Shown: positions 40,158 through 51,802 of the stretch, in pieces
How the letters are laid out: every line of letters starts with the position of its first letter
How positions within the stretch are numbered: position 1 is the stretch's first letter
DNA from: Strigamia acuminata
Lineage: Eukaryota
Reading direction: 5' to 3'
Assembly (NCBI GenBank): GCA_949358305.1
Contig: OX442314.1
Span: 434,001 to 498,000, forward strand
Length of the DNA stretch: 64,000 bases
Made by a program: the position numbers and the translations under genes
Notes under the pieces: generated by a model
Told to the model about the DNA's origin: nothing
The model's input: the letters and a program-made list of their open reading frames with translations, nothing else
Databases searched by the model: none

Positions 40158-40845
40158 TTAATACCTTTTGCTCTCCAAATTGGGCTGAGTCGTCGCTACG
40201 GCCGACAACTCGTCGCCGGAGACACCCCACGATTTCAGTTCCATTTCTTCTTGTTTTTCCTCGCGCTCGCTCTCTTTCTTCATCCATTTGTATTCTTCAA
40301 TCTCGTATTGATATTTCGGAGAAGTTATCCCGAAAAAATAGGCCAAATATTCGCCGACGGTGTCGCAAACTGAGTAATGAACACATAATCAGGGTGTGGT
40401 CCACCGGAACACACATTCCAGTTCAGTTGTGAATACATCACCACGATTAACGTGACGATTTTTTTATTCACAAGTGTACTGGAATAGGTTTAGTAGCTAC
40501 CGTTGAGGGTTTTGGTCCCGAATGTGATCGTGTAATACCAGAAAAATGGCAACCAGCTTAAAGTCGTCTGTAAAAAGTAATAAAAGAATGAATATACGTT
40601 GAATTCTGTGATTTTTAAATTAACTTACGGGATCTATTACGTCTCGGCAAACATTATCGACTTTGTCGACGTCGTCGTCGTCATATTCCTCTAAAATCCC
40701 ATCGCTAAAATACAAAACCCGCTTCGGTCTTTTCTTCTCGTTCTCTCGCAGCTGTCAATCGAAAAACCATAAAATTTAAAACAACTAAAAACCGTAAACA
40801 AAAACTCACCTCAATGACAGCTGCATCGGCAATATCGTCCGCCAT
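40158..40845 (-). CDS. FAM177A1: FAM177A1-like protein, 4 exons
   Basis: MADDIADAAVIE|LRENEKKRPKRVLYFSDGILEEY...VIDP|TTLSWLPFFWYY...|VCDTVGEYLAYFFGITSPKYQYEIEEY: the family hallmark motifs (PKR.LYFSDG..EEY and GE.LA.FFGIT.PKYQY.IEEY). Confidence 0.9.
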
Positions 40846-41347
40846 CTTGCCAGAGTTGCTCAAAACCGCCGCCCGAGCGCTGCGCTCATCCAGTATGACA
40901 ATAATAAAAATGGCGATATACTTTTTCGATGTCAAACTTTATTATTACCCCACATTTTCACTTTCGGACCATTACACAAGCAAAAGTTTCATTCGGCAGT
41001 TCCGACAAATCGTGCCGTGTGTAAAAAAAAACAATAATTAGTATCAAACTGCGTGTACGAAATTTCCGAGCTCCCAACTCGTCACAAGAGCCAAAAAACA
41101 AGAAAATAAATCGAAAAATGTTTACAAATTTAGAAAATTTTTTGGTATTACATCAAAGCTTAGAATATCAAAGACACAAATAGGTACCGTCCACTACACG
41201 AAATCATAAAAACAAAAACAAAAAACAAAAATTCCATTATTTTCTCTTTTAATTATTAATTATTATTAATTATTATTTATTATAATTATTATTATTATTA
41301 TTTTTTTCTTTCATTAGTTTCCAAAACTAATAAATAACCAAATTGAC

Positions 41348-42993
41348 TTAGGAGCGATCCGTGGATCTGAGCTTCTCCTCGACGATTTCCTCGCTCGCCT
41401 CGGCGTTGTCGGTCGCTTGAATATATTTGTGCACTCCGACCAAACTCTTCTTGAGCGCGTCGAAACTGCTCGAGTACAACATCTTCTTCTTAACTCGCGC
41501 TGTGTCCGGACACCTACAACAATTAAGACCCATTTTAGGCAAAATGTTGATGAATTATGACGATTTGAGACTAATTTTGACCAAATTTTCGAACATTTTG
41601 TACTGATTTTGGCAAATTTTGACCAATTTTCGAAAATGTTATACTGATTTAGGCAAATTTAGACTGATTTAGACAAATTTAAGCTAATTTAGACTAATTT
41701 CGACTGATTTTAAACAAATTTTCGACAATTTTATACAGATTTAGGCAAATTTAGACTAAGTCGACTGATTTTAAACAAATTTTCGACAATTTTATACAGA
41801 TGTAGGCAAATTTAGACTAATTTTCGACAATTTTATACGGATTTCGGCAAATTTAGACTAATTTTCGACAATTTTATATTGATTTCGGCAAATTTAGACT
41901 AATTTAGGTAAAATTTCGACAATTTTATACTGATTTAGGCAAAATTTCGACAATTTTATACTGATTTAGGCAAATTTAGACTAATTTTGGCAATTTTCGA
42001 CAATTTTTTTTACTGATTTAGGCAAAATTAGACTAATTTTCGACAATTTTATACTGATTTCGGCAAATTTAGACTAATTTAAGCTAAATTTCGACAATTT
42101 TATACTGATTTCGGCAAATTCAGACTAATTTAAGCATAATTTCGACAATATTATACTGATTTAGGCAAAATTTCGACAATTTTATACTGATTTCGGCAAT
42201 TTTATACTAATTTAGGCAAAATTTCGACAATTTTATACTGATTTAGGCAAATTTAGACTAATTTTCGACAATTTTATACCGATTTTGCCAAATTGAGACT
42301 AACTTTTGACCATTTTAACCCGATTTCGGCAAATTGAGACAAATTGTCGACAATGAATTGGTGTTTATTTGTTAATTTGGCTTTACCACAACATTAGGAA
42401 CAGTTTCTGCTTTTTGCTTCCCTCCTGAGTTCCCTGGCATTGGTGCGTGTACTCGTAGTCGAACACGCCGTATCTACACTCGTCGTCGCCGCCTTTTTGT
42501 AAATCGCTCAGGAAATCGGTGTAGACCGCGCTTCTGTCGCCTATGATTTCCACGTCGATCTGTTTTTCGTCTTTGATGAAATACACAGCGTATCTGTGCT
42601 TCTTGTCCTTCTTGATTTCTTCGAATTTTGTCTTGCACGAATCGGCTACGGTGACCCCAGAGGCCTAAAAACAAATTTCAACAAAAAAAAATTTCAAATT
42701 AAATTCGAAAAAATTAGTTTTATTTTAAAAAATTGTCCGAAACTTCCAAATCCAATACGAAACGAAAATAAAAATGGTTAATTCCTTCTTTTGTGTCTTT
42801 TTTGTCGCCTTTCCGACTACTGAGGGACTCGGTGGGAGGACGTTGGAGAAAATCACCTGCCAACAAAATGGCGGAGCCGGAATTTGAAGCTGGACTGAGT
42901 CACGCTGTTGCTCGGCTTTTCGTAGCGATAAACTTACGCTCGTTGGGGCGTTCGAAGGGGTTTAAATTCAATCTAGGTAATTCAACCTACCAT
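41348..42993 (-). CDS. tsr: Cofilin / actin-depolymerizing factor (twinstar-like); exons 42993-42991, 42664-42387, 41513-41348
   Basis: ATG-only first coding exon, then ASGVTVADSCKTKFEEIKKDKKHRY...ECRYGVFDYEY...KQKLFLMLWCPDTARVKKKMLYSSSFDALKKSLVGV. Confidence 0.95.
41560..42352. repeat. Degenerate array of ~10-bp modules (about 41-bp unit AATTTTCGACAATTTTATACTGATTTAGGCAAATTTAGACT)
   Basis: Read directly, cofilin intron 2. Confidence 0.85.
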
Positions 42994-43854
42994 TTTAGAC
43001 GTTGAGCAAAATCCCCACTATTCGAGTTTCACTTGTTCGGTGCGAATCGGGCTGCCGACCGTACCGTTACAAAGACAAGGCGAAGGAAGAGGTGGATCGG
43101 CCGTAGGAAAAACAAGAAAATAAAAAGGCTGCGCTGGCAAGAAAGAAGGCTCGTGATTGGCTGCAAATGTGCTGTCGTTTCCGAGGTGGCCAATCGTCGC
43201 GCTTGTTTCTTTTATGACAGTAGATAATTACGTAATTTTTTAAAATTTCTTCGTGCTTTTGGAATTTTATTAATCTCAATTTATTATTTGTTTAGAGTTA
43301 ATTCTAAATACGGTAATTGTGATAAATATTGGAATAAAAGTGATGTGTTCCGTGAGCACGTGATGCGTCGCGTCATCGACGACCAATCGCGAGGCGATTC
43401 GGAGGATATTTCCTAATTTGGGCGTATGGGCAGACAAGAGGCAAATTTAAGTTTAATGCACTCTACTTTTATTCTAGATAAATAGATAAATAAATAAATC
43501 GTCCGGGTCGTTCCTTTTCCTTCCGTTGTTGATTCGAAGAAAATTGAGGAACGGTGCCGAGTTTTCTCGGAAATACGGATTTCAGTTTCATTGCATCTTT
43601 CCGTTTTCCGATTCGGGCATGGTGGATGTTATTCCTTTTTTAGTTTGACTTGTGGTTACGAGATGGCGCCACGTGTACCAACATCCACATAAAAACATAA
43701 AAACATCACGATAGCGGCTGATTGCAGAAATATTATCATTAAAAAGAATTAATTAGTAAAGTAGTTTCAAACTAATTAATTTGTTAAAAAAGAATTTGTT
43801 TTGTGTCTCCCAATGCAGAGGGCTTTGATGACGTCGATGCTTTAATCAAGGATA

Positions 43855-44032
43855 TAAACTCTATTCCAAAAAGTATTACAAATACTCCCATTGGTTGGTT
43901 GGTTGAGACACTTTAAAAAATCTTCGCACAAGTCTACTGGAATCTGAAAACAGCATCATATTCAAGACACAACTGAACTGTGAATCTCCCAACCAATGGG
44001 AGTATTTGTAATACTTTTTGGAATAGAGTTTA
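43855..44032. mobile_element. MITE with perfect 44-bp inverted arms
   Basis: 43855-43898 is the exact reverse complement of 43989-44032; TA at both extremities. Confidence 0.85.
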
Positions 44033-44385
44033 GAAGAGAAGGATGGGAAAACGCGAAACCGAGGCTCGGATCCCAATGGCGTCATGTTTACGCACAAAAT
44101 CGACACCAGATGTCGCGATTTTGCATTCAACTTCTCTGGCAAAATGAATACTGTAGGAACTAGGAATAGTGAAAATCAACGATCTAAAATTGACAATTTG
44201 ATTAATTTTGATGTTTTTTATCAAATGTTACATATTCTAAAATTAAATTAATCTTCTCCTGCTTAAGTTTTCATACATCTTTTTTAAGTTTCTTGTATCG
44301 AAATTTTTAATTTAATAAAATAATACTCCGTACACATCGGTGACAAAATGTTTCCTCGTAGGTCCAAAAATAAATCTGCATACAA

Positions 44386-47300
44386 TTAGTAATACTTTGG
44401 GGAACAAAATTCAGCTTTGATTTTGTCCTCGTTCGTGTCTAATTCCTTGCTCGCTCGAATGGCGTGAAGCATTCCGGTTAGATTCGTTTTGAGGACTTCG
44501 AAGCCCCTCGAATAAAGCCGCTTCTGCTCCGCTTCGGCTCCTGGTGGCTCCCTTGAACAAAATAATCGCTCGTATTTGGTTCAAATCAAATGAAAATAAT
44601 CGAATTCCTTCTTACCAAAACATTAGAATGAAGATCTGTTCATTGTTCTTGCAGTGTAGAACGACCAAACCGTATCTGCATTCATCCGCGCCATCTTTTA
44701 TTAAACTGGTCAGAAAAGCAGGATACTTTAAGCTCCCTGCACCTCTTGATTCAACATCGATTGTGTTTTTCTCGGTGATGTAGTACACCGCGTATTTGTA
44801 CGTCTCGTCTTTAATTTCTCCAACAGTCGACTTAACCGCGTCCGATACGCTCACCTGAAAAGAGAAAAGAAAACAATTGCCAATGTTGTAAAACCCGTAT
44901 GAGGGTCTCCACTGCCAGGGGGAGTGATATTGTAATCTCGCGACCACAGAACGTGATCTAGGACTTCCGTTTTGACCAGCAACGCGTGCAGGTCGTGCGA
45001 TACGAATGCAAATGAAATAAACCGCTTGAATCAAAAACAATCGTGGCGAATCTTTTCTAACATCTTCCAACAGGTTCGACCACCCATTCTTGGGAAAAGA
45101 AAAGAACGATACTTTTTGCTCGTTGTCGTGTCGTTGATTCATTACCGAAATAAAGACACGGTGTTTTGATGTAGGTACTAACATGAACTGATTCAGTTTA
45201 TTATCTTATCAACGCAGGTAAACACCGGCGCCAGGTGTCCACCGCTCGCAGCGCCATCCAGTGACGCGGATATACACTAGAATACCACATCACTCTTTTT
45301 TTCAAACAATAACATTGTAACATTATTAAAATAAATCATTAAATAAAGTCGTTAACAATTCGAATTACTTACAATCACATAATAACATTTTTCGTCCAGG
45401 CCTGAACATTCACTTTCTAAATAAACAAAGGTATTTGTTAAACATTAGTACATTATTTCAGATAACATCAATCCATTCTTCTGCGACGTATCGAGGTGTC
45501 GTATGCGCCCAAATACTCTGGAGCCCTTCGTTTCCGATGAGACTTCCTCGGCTCAAGGTTGGGTTCCGGCACACGTCTCGCTCCTCGTTTCACGCCTCTT
45601 ACTGGTGGCCCAGGCTGGAAATGGGCATATGGCCTTGGTCCCCGTGGTGCCGCCTCTACTGGAGTGTTGTCATCTCTTTGTAGCGGAGTGTCATCATCCA
45701 ACGGAAAGTATCGTCTCACCTTCGTCACGTTTCTCTTCACAATTCTTCCGTCATTCGATTTTAGCAATAAACAGTTCCCGTCCTTACGCACTACGGTCAT
45801 CAGGTCGTGTTCATACGCCAAATCGAGTTTGTGTGTCCTTGACTTCGCCACTAAAACTCTGTCCCCTTGTCGGATGTCACTCTCTTTACTTTTCCGAGTT
45901 GTGTCTGCGTACCGCTTAGATTTACTCTTTTCTTCAGAATCTTTCGACTTCACCATCCGGTGTAACTTTCCTTTTTCTTCAGTCATTATTTGAGGAATTT
46001 TCGTTCGCATTTTCCTCTTCGTCATTAGTTCGAATGGCGAAACTCCCATTGTCCGGTGCGGCGTGCTCCTATACGCCTGTAAAAACGTTCCAAGTGCTTT
46101 CTTCCAATCACCTTTCTCAACTTCCGCGGATCGGAACGCCTTCACAAATGACTTGTTTAATCTTTCGACAGTTCCGTTGGCCTGGGGCCAGTATGGAGTG
46201 ACCCTGCGATGGTGGACAGCGTGTTCATCCAAAAAAACTTTAAACTGCTCGGCAACGAACTGAGGCCCGTTGTCCGAAGTCAGCGTTTCCGGGATCCCCC
46301 ATCGCTCGAAAACTCGACGTAACCAACGAATTATTATATCTGTCTTTGTTGACTTCAGTATTCGTACTTCGGGCCAACGTGAATAATAATCGACGAGGAC
46401 GACAATTGAATTGCCGTCCTTGAACGGACCACAGATGTCGATCGCTAGATCCCGCCACGGCCCTTTTGGCAGCTCCGTGCTCTTGATGGGTTCTGGCTTC
46501 TCTGTCGCACAGCTGTGTTGACAAGCATGGCATCGCTGCACCGCCCGCTCGACGTCGCGATCCAAACCAGGCCACCAGACCTTTTCGCGTAGGCGTTGCT
46601 TTGTTCTCACGACGCCCTGGTGACCTTGGTGTCCTAATTCGATTACACGTTTCCGCAGCTTTTCCGGCATCACAATGCGCGTACCACGGAGTAAAACTCC
46701 ACGTGTCACGGCTAGTTCGCTCCTAATAGCCTGAAAAATCTTGAGATCATTTTTTAATTCTGTTCCCAGTTGTAAACACTCATTAATTCTGCAAATTATT
46801 TCGTCTGTCTTCGACTCCTGTTCAACTTCTTGCAAGGTCATCGCCTTCGGCAGCGCATTTTCCACAATAAACCGCACATGATGTTCCGTTCGTCCCAAAA
46901 CACTCTTCCCTTCTCCGACAGGCAGCAAACGAGACAGCGCGTCCGCTATGTTCGCGCTGCCCGGTCGGTGACGAATCGTGAATTCGAATGGCTGCAATCT
47001 CAGCACCCATCTTTCCATTCGTGCGGATGGCTTCGATCTGGTTCCGTAGATGGTCTCCAGCGCCTTGTGGTCTGTTACTAAAAGAAATGGCATGCCGATT
47101 ACGTACATTCTGAAGCGCTCACAGCCCCAAACGACTGCGAGCCCTTCTTTCTCAGTCTGAGAATATCGCCGTTCAACGTCCGACAACGTTCGGCTGGCGA
47201 ACGCGATTGGTTTCATGTCCCCGTCTGGCTGACGTTGAATGAGAACGGCTCCAAGTCCGACGGGCGACGCGTCGACAATCAATTCCGTTTCGACGTTTTT

Positions 47301-50300
47301 CCGAAAGAAGGCTAACACACTTGAACTACACAAAAGTTTCTTCAATTTTTCAAATGCATCATCCTGGCGCTTCCCCCACTCGAATGCAACGTCCTTCCTG
47401 GCCATCAGTCGCAGTGGCTCTGCCTCTGTCGCGAAGTTAGGAATGTACCGGGCGCAGTAATTAATCAATCCGAGAAAACTTCGGATTTCCGACTCATTTT
47501 TGGGTGCCACAGCATTTCGCACGGCTTCCACCTTCGACTCTGCAACTGAAATTCCACTTTTAGAAATTACGTGTCCAAGAAAAGTCACCTTCGAGACGCC
47601 AAAACAACATTTTTTAAGGTTTAATGTTAACCCGTTGCGATGCAATGTTTCCAGGACTTTTTCCAATCTCTCGTCGTGTTCTGCGACTGTCTTGCCGTGT
47701 ACAACAATGTCGTCCAGCGAATTCTTCGTGCCTTCGCACTCCGCCAAAATGTTCTGGAGGATCCGCTGGTATTCCTCCGGCGCGCTCGCAATTCCAAAAA
47801 AGAGCCTTTTGTAGCGGAAAAGGCCACGATGCGTTACAAACACGGTGTAACGTCGCGAATCCGCTTTCAGGGGTATCTGTAGGTATCCCTGGCGACAATC
47901 CAGTTTTGGAATGAGCTCGGCGCCGTCAATTTCGTCCAGGACCTCCTCCATGGTAGGAAGTGGATGGCGGTTCCGTTTTACCGCCTCGTTGACGGCACGC
48001 ATGTCAAGGCACAGTCTAATCGAGCCATCAGGCTTTTTCACGGGTACGACTGGCGAAACCCATTCTGTCGCGCCGGTAACTGGCTCGATAATGTCCGCCT
48101 GCAATAAATTATCGATTTCAATGTCCAATTGCTTACGGATGTGGAAAGGGATGCGGCGCACTGATTGTGCCACCGGTCGCACACTCGAATCCATATATAA
48201 CTCGAGCTCGAAGTCCTTTAGCTTTCCAATCCCCTCGAAAACATCTCGGAATTTCGTAATCCGATTGGCTAAATCCTTGCGCAATTTTCCTAAAGTTTTG
48301 TCAAATAATAAAGAATCATCATTATTAATTTCATGCACTGTTTCTTCATCTATTCTCAAAAGTCCCAAATCCTTGGACGTTTTTCTGCTTAATAAAGGAA
48401 GTTTTCCAGATGGCACAACCAAAAATCTCGTATTCACTGATTTTTTAGCTGTTTGCACTTGCGCATCAAACTGTCCGCTAACAAACAACGGTTCCTCGAC
48501 TCCGTACGCGAATAATCTTGTATTTGTCGGCGTTAGTTGAATTCCTTTCTTTTTTAACAAAGTCCACGTCCTTTGGTCGATTGTATTCACGGACGAACCT
48601 GAATCAATTAAAACAGTTACGTCCTGTTGTTCGATTCTCACCGTCACGCCTTTGTGTGGTTTTGAAGAGGTTATGCAAAAAGAACCTTTGCTGTCGTAAT
48701 CGTACTCGTTCACCCCGACGTACTGGACGCGATCCTTCCCTCGTGCACGACCTCCGGCGCTCTTCAATCTGCAAACTTTTGCAAAGTGGCCCAATTTGTG
48801 ACAAAATCCACACTCTTTATTTTTCGCGACGGTGCAGTCGTTTGCTAGATGATCCGTGTGGCCACAACGATAACATTCCTTCACTCCTTGAGATTTATCG
48901 TCACGTCGATCGTCCGTATTATGCGGTTTCGCGTTGGATTTGCGAAATGTGCCACGCCCACGATTTTTTACAAACGGCTTTTTCTCACTTCTGAGTTGAT
49001 TCACGAGGTTTTCCTTGTTGTTTTCAACGATTGTCCGCTCCATTGACGTTGCCTGTTGTTCACTTGCTTCTGAAGATCGAGCTAATGTCAATAAAGAGTC
49101 TAAAGTCAGATTAGTTTCGCGCAACAGGCGCCGCCGCAAACCCTTATCGCGGCCCTTCTCCAACACCTGATCCACGATTAAATCGTCCTCTAAAACTCCG
49201 AACTCGCAACTTTTTACCATCGTTTTCAAACGTGTTACAAAAGCGTCCATTAGTTCAGCGGGTTCCTGTGTTTGTTGTCTAAACACATGCCTCTCGAATC
49301 TGAGGTTTTTTCGCGGATTGAAATACACATTCAACGCTGCTACAGCCAAATCATAAGTCACCTTATTCGCTGGTTCAAACGTCTCAAAAATGTCCTGCAC
49401 TTCAGTGCCGGCGAGGTGTAACAGTGTTGCCAACTTCTGCGCTTCACCAACTCTCGCCGCAATTAAATAATACTCGAACGCCTTACTCCATTTCTTCCAG
49501 CGATAATCCAGGTTTCCAGCTGTAATGTCGAAATTTCCGACGCTCGGTAAATTCAAATTGGTGGCCATTTTTGTCCAAAATCACTATTATCAGTGCCACG
49601 CCCACCTTTCAAACACACTCACACCACTTAAAGCAATGAATGTCAAGTCCAGTATTTGATGCGAGCGGATTCCTTTCAGTTTGATCCTCGTCGCCAATGT
49701 CGTGTCGTTGATTCATTACCGAAATAAAGACACGGTGTTTTGATGTAGGTACTAACATGAACTGATTCAGTTTATTATCTTATCAACGCAGGTAAACACC
49801 GGCGCCAGGTGTCCACCGCTCGCAGCGCCATCCAGTGACGCGGATATACACTAGAATACCACACTCGTGTCCACACTTAACTTATTTAGACGCGCGTACA
49901 GGATTTGAGTAATATTGTTACATCTAAGGTTTTTCCGTCACTAGCTGATGTTGAAAAAATGAATGTGAGCAACAGTTGAAAGCCCATGAAACAAGTGTAT
50001 GAAGTAGACTGTGGAATACAGTAAATAAGTTAAAATTAGCAGAAATTTAATGTGGTCTGGCGACAGTCAGTACTCTGTAAACAAACCATTACCGGCAAAT
50101 GTAGTCATTTATTAGAAGTCACTTCATTTCGTCGCCCTTCATTTCGTCACTCCAGTTTTTAGGCTGAGTCCGCCTCTCGTATTCCTAAGAATGCCTAACA
50201 AGGGGGGCTAGCGCCCCCTCTTGAACCCCCCGAACCTAACCTTACTAGCTTTTTTAACCAACTCTCCTTCCAGGGGGTAGTGGTCGGCAAAAGAATAAAG

Positions 50301-50953
50301 GGCGACGAAATGAATGGCGACGAAATGAAGAAACTCCATTTATTATTGTCGTTAAAACGGACATATAAAATGTCACAATAGTTTAGACCGTGGCCGGCGC
50401 TAAAGGTGAGGCGGTTGTCTCAGGCGGCATATTTCTATACTCTTGTTCGACTCAAAAGAATCCTTTCTCCAATTGGCCGAGCCTCATACAACCACTAAAC
50501 TCTTTCCACACTCAAGAGGAGCCCTGGAATCTTGGCTCCCATTGGCCAAGTCTGATTACAGAGTACTCAGAACTTCTACTACGAGGAACCGTCTGTACCG
50601 TACATTGTAATGCAATTCTGGTGTTTGGGTCTATTTTTTGGATTACTATACCAGTAAAATAGCTCAGCCAAAGGGAGAAAGGACTCTTTTGACCCGAACA
50701 AGAGTTTAGGGGCGGCATCTTTGAGCGCACAATCCGATTTTTTTCCAACAAAAAACACAATTTTTTCTTATTCAAAAGGGTACTTAGCAGTTGGCACATG
50801 CCTTGCTCGCCTCAGGTGGAAATATGTGTCGCACCAGCCTGGTTTAGACGTCATTGACTATTGTACATTATACAGTGTGTCAGTTTGATTTATGTACAGT
50901 ACTGTCCATTAAAGGTGCGCTCTAGAATTCACTTTCATAAAATCACATACCAT
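44386..50953 (-). CDS. Divergent cofilin/ADF paralogue; exons 44854-44616 and 44551-44386, candidate ATG exon 50953-50951
   Basis: VSVSDAVKSTVGEIKDETYKYAVYYITEKNTIDVE...DECRYGLVVL...IFILMFW|EPPGAEAEQKRLYSRGFEVLKTNLTG...; same phase-2 intron inside the Trp codon as the neighbouring cofilin. The start exon (ATG|GTATGT) is inferred. Confidence 0.7.
45124..45289 (-). repeat. 3' LTR (166 bp)
   Basis: Identical to 49698-49863; adjacent polypurine tract GAAAAAAAGAGTGA (45303-45290). Confidence 0.95.
45468..49568 (-). CDS. Gag-Pol polyprotein, 1366 aa
   Basis: Two CCHC knuckles, protease LIDSGS, RT (KLDCRQGYLQ, FGIASAP, NSLDDI), RNase H (VDAS, YSQTEKE, TDH), integrase HHCC plus D,D(35)E (IDICGP, SDNGPQF, VERLN). 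Confidence 0.97.
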   Translation of the reverse strand: MATNLNLPSVGNFDITAGNLDYRWKKWSKAFEYYLIAARVGEAQKLATLLHLAGTEVQDIFETFEPANKVTYDLAVAALNVYFNPRKNLRFERHVFRQQTQEPAELMDAFVTRLKTMVKSCEFGVLEDDLIVDQVLEKGRDKGLRRRLLRETNLTLDSLLTLARSSEASEQQATSMERTIVENNKENLVNQLRSEKKPFVKNRGRGTFRKSNAKPHNTDDRRDDKSQGVKECYRCGHTDHLANDCTVAKNKECGFCHKLGHFAKVCRLKSAGGRARGKDRVQYVGVNEYDYDSKGSFCITSSKPHKGVTVRIEQQDVTVLIDSGSSVNTIDQRTWTLLKKKGIQLTPTNTRLFAYGVEEPLFVSGQFDAQVQTAKKSVNTRFLVVPSGKLPLLSRKTSKDLGLLRIDEETVHEINNDDSLLFDKTLGKLRKDLANRITKFRDVFEGIGKLKDFELELYMDSSVRPVAQSVRRIPFHIRKQLDIEIDNLLQADIIEPVTGATEWVSPVVPVKKPDGSIRLCLDMRAVNEAVKRNRHPLPTMEEVLDEIDGAELIPKLDCRQGYLQIPLKADSRRYTVFVTHRGLFRYKRLFFGIASAPEEYQRILQNILAECEGTKNSLDDIVVHGKTVAEHDERLEKVLETLHRNGLTLNLKKCCFGVSKVTFLGHVISKSGISVAESKVEAVRNAVAPKNESEIRSFLGLINYCARYIPNFATEAEPLRLMARKDVAFEWGKRQDDAFEKLKKLLCSSSVLAFFRKNVETELIVDASPVGLGAVLIQRQPDGDMKPIAFASRTLSDVERRYSQTEKEGLAVVWGCERFRMYVIGMPFLLVTDHKALETIYGTRSKPSARMERWVLRLQPFEFTIRHRPGSANIADALSRLLPVGEGKSVLGRTEHHVRFIVENALPKAMTLQEVEQESKTDEIICRINECLQLGTELKNDLKIFQAIRSELAVTRGVLLRGTRIVMPEKLRKRVIELGHQGHQGVVRTKQRLREKVWWPGLDRDVERAVQRCHACQHSCATEKPEPIKSTELPKGPWRDLAIDICGPFKDGNSIVVLVDYYSRWPEVRILKSTKTDIIIRWLRRVFERWGIPETLTSDNGPQFVAEQFKVFLDEHAVHHRRVTPYWPQANGTVERLNKSFVKAFRSAEVEKGDWKKALGTFLQAYRSTPHRTMGVSPFELMTKRKMRTKIPQIMTEEKGKLHRMVKSKDSEEKSKSKRYADTTRKSKESDIRQGDRVLVAKSRTHKLDLAYEHDLMTVVRKDGNCLLLKSNDGRIVKRNVTKVRRYFPLDDDTPLQRDDNTPVEAAPRGPRPYAHFQPGPPVRGVKRGARRVPEPNLEPRKSHRKRRAPEYLGAYDTSIRRRRMD
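49684..49696 (-). promoter_or_regulatory. Primer-binding site TGGCGACGAGGAT (tRNA-Ser type)
   Basis: Starts 1 nt inside from the end of the 5' LTR; complementary to the ...AUCCUCGUCGCCA 3' end of tRNA-Ser(GCU). Confidence 0.85.
49698..49863 (-). repeat. 5' LTR (166 bp)
   Basis: Identical to 45124-45289. Confidence 0.95.
50115..50336. mobile_element. MITE, possibly Mutator-type
   Basis: Inverted CTTCATTTCGTCGCC repeats at both ends; 9-bp flanking direct repeat CATTTATTA. Confidence 0.7.
50389..50841. mobile_element. hAT-type non-autonomous element
   Basis: Degenerate TIR (CGTGGCCGGCGC / GCACCAGCCTG) and 8-bp TSD GTTTAGAC. Confidence 0.75.
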
Positions 50954-51625
50954 TTCAAATGTTGATTAAATCGTCCAGTTGCTTCAAAGTGAAATCTTGT
51001 TGATTCTCGTTACTGGGAAATGAACAGTAAGCGCAAAGTTTGCAAACCAATAAAACATAATGTGCAGCTGCAGCAGGTGCGAGGATATAAGTTATTTAGA
51101 ATGATTAATTCAATATACAACGTGAATCAATAATATTTTTTTTAAAGCACAAAAACAATCTGACAAGTAAGGTTCACTTTTTCCATTATTTCTAAAATTT
51201 TCACGCAAAAATGTATTTTTATTTCTACAGGTTAGGGTTTATTTCCATGGGATTTATTTAGTGGGCCCTCAAAATATTTGCAAAACAGAGTTTTTTTTAT
51301 CGCTTTCTTATTAATTAGCTTCGAATTTTGTCAATAGATGGCGCTGTTCGTAAATAGCGCCAAATTTAAGTTAAAAGTGAATAAATATGGTATTAAAAAA
51401 AAGTGAAGCTTTTTATTCATAAAAAAGAAATTTTGTTGTACTAAGAAAGGTCAGGCCTTATTGCACATTTGGAAATTTACAACACCATTCGTCGTCTTTT
51501 GTCCTCGTCTCTGGTCTTCAATTTCGTCTTGTCGTTGGGTTCAATTGATTGAATGCTTCTTCAATGCTTACATCAATGGCCTGGTATTGTCTAGGGTGAT
51601 AGTTTTACACGAATGCTCACACAGT

Positions 51626-51802
51626 CAGGGCCGTCTTTACACTTTTCAGCGTCCAGGGCTAATGAAACTCAGGCGCCCCTTGCCCAGCCCTTTTCTGTTC
51701 ACGGCGCCCTTCTGTGCTCATCGAGCCCCTGTGTCCGGCACCCCCTTGTGCCCGGCGCCCCTGAGCTGCAGCCCAGTTAGCCCAATGGTAAAGGTGGGCC
51801 TG
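51626..51802. mobile_element. hAT-type MITE
   Basis: TIR CAGGGCCGTCTTTAC / GTAAAGGTGGGCCTG, 8-bp TSD CACACAGT, internal GCGCCC motifs. Confidence 0.85.

Larger units (their letters stand above)
45124..49863 (-). mobile_element. Full-length Ty3/gypsy LTR retrotransposon, Mag-like
   Basis: Two identical 166-bp TG...CA LTRs, 5-bp TSD CTCGT, PBS and PPT, single gag-pol ORF in PR-RT-RH-IN order. Confidence 0.97.

Noticed and set aside
44612..45184. 190-aa ORF apparently fusing the LTR to the cofilin paralogue
   Set aside because: The upstream part is read-through of LTR and intron sequence; a clear ttttcAG acceptor at 44855 marks the real exon start.
51478..51565. Short minus-strand coding-like stretch (…KTKLKTRDEDKRRRMVL*)
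   Set aside because: Too short, no splice partner or homology recognised.
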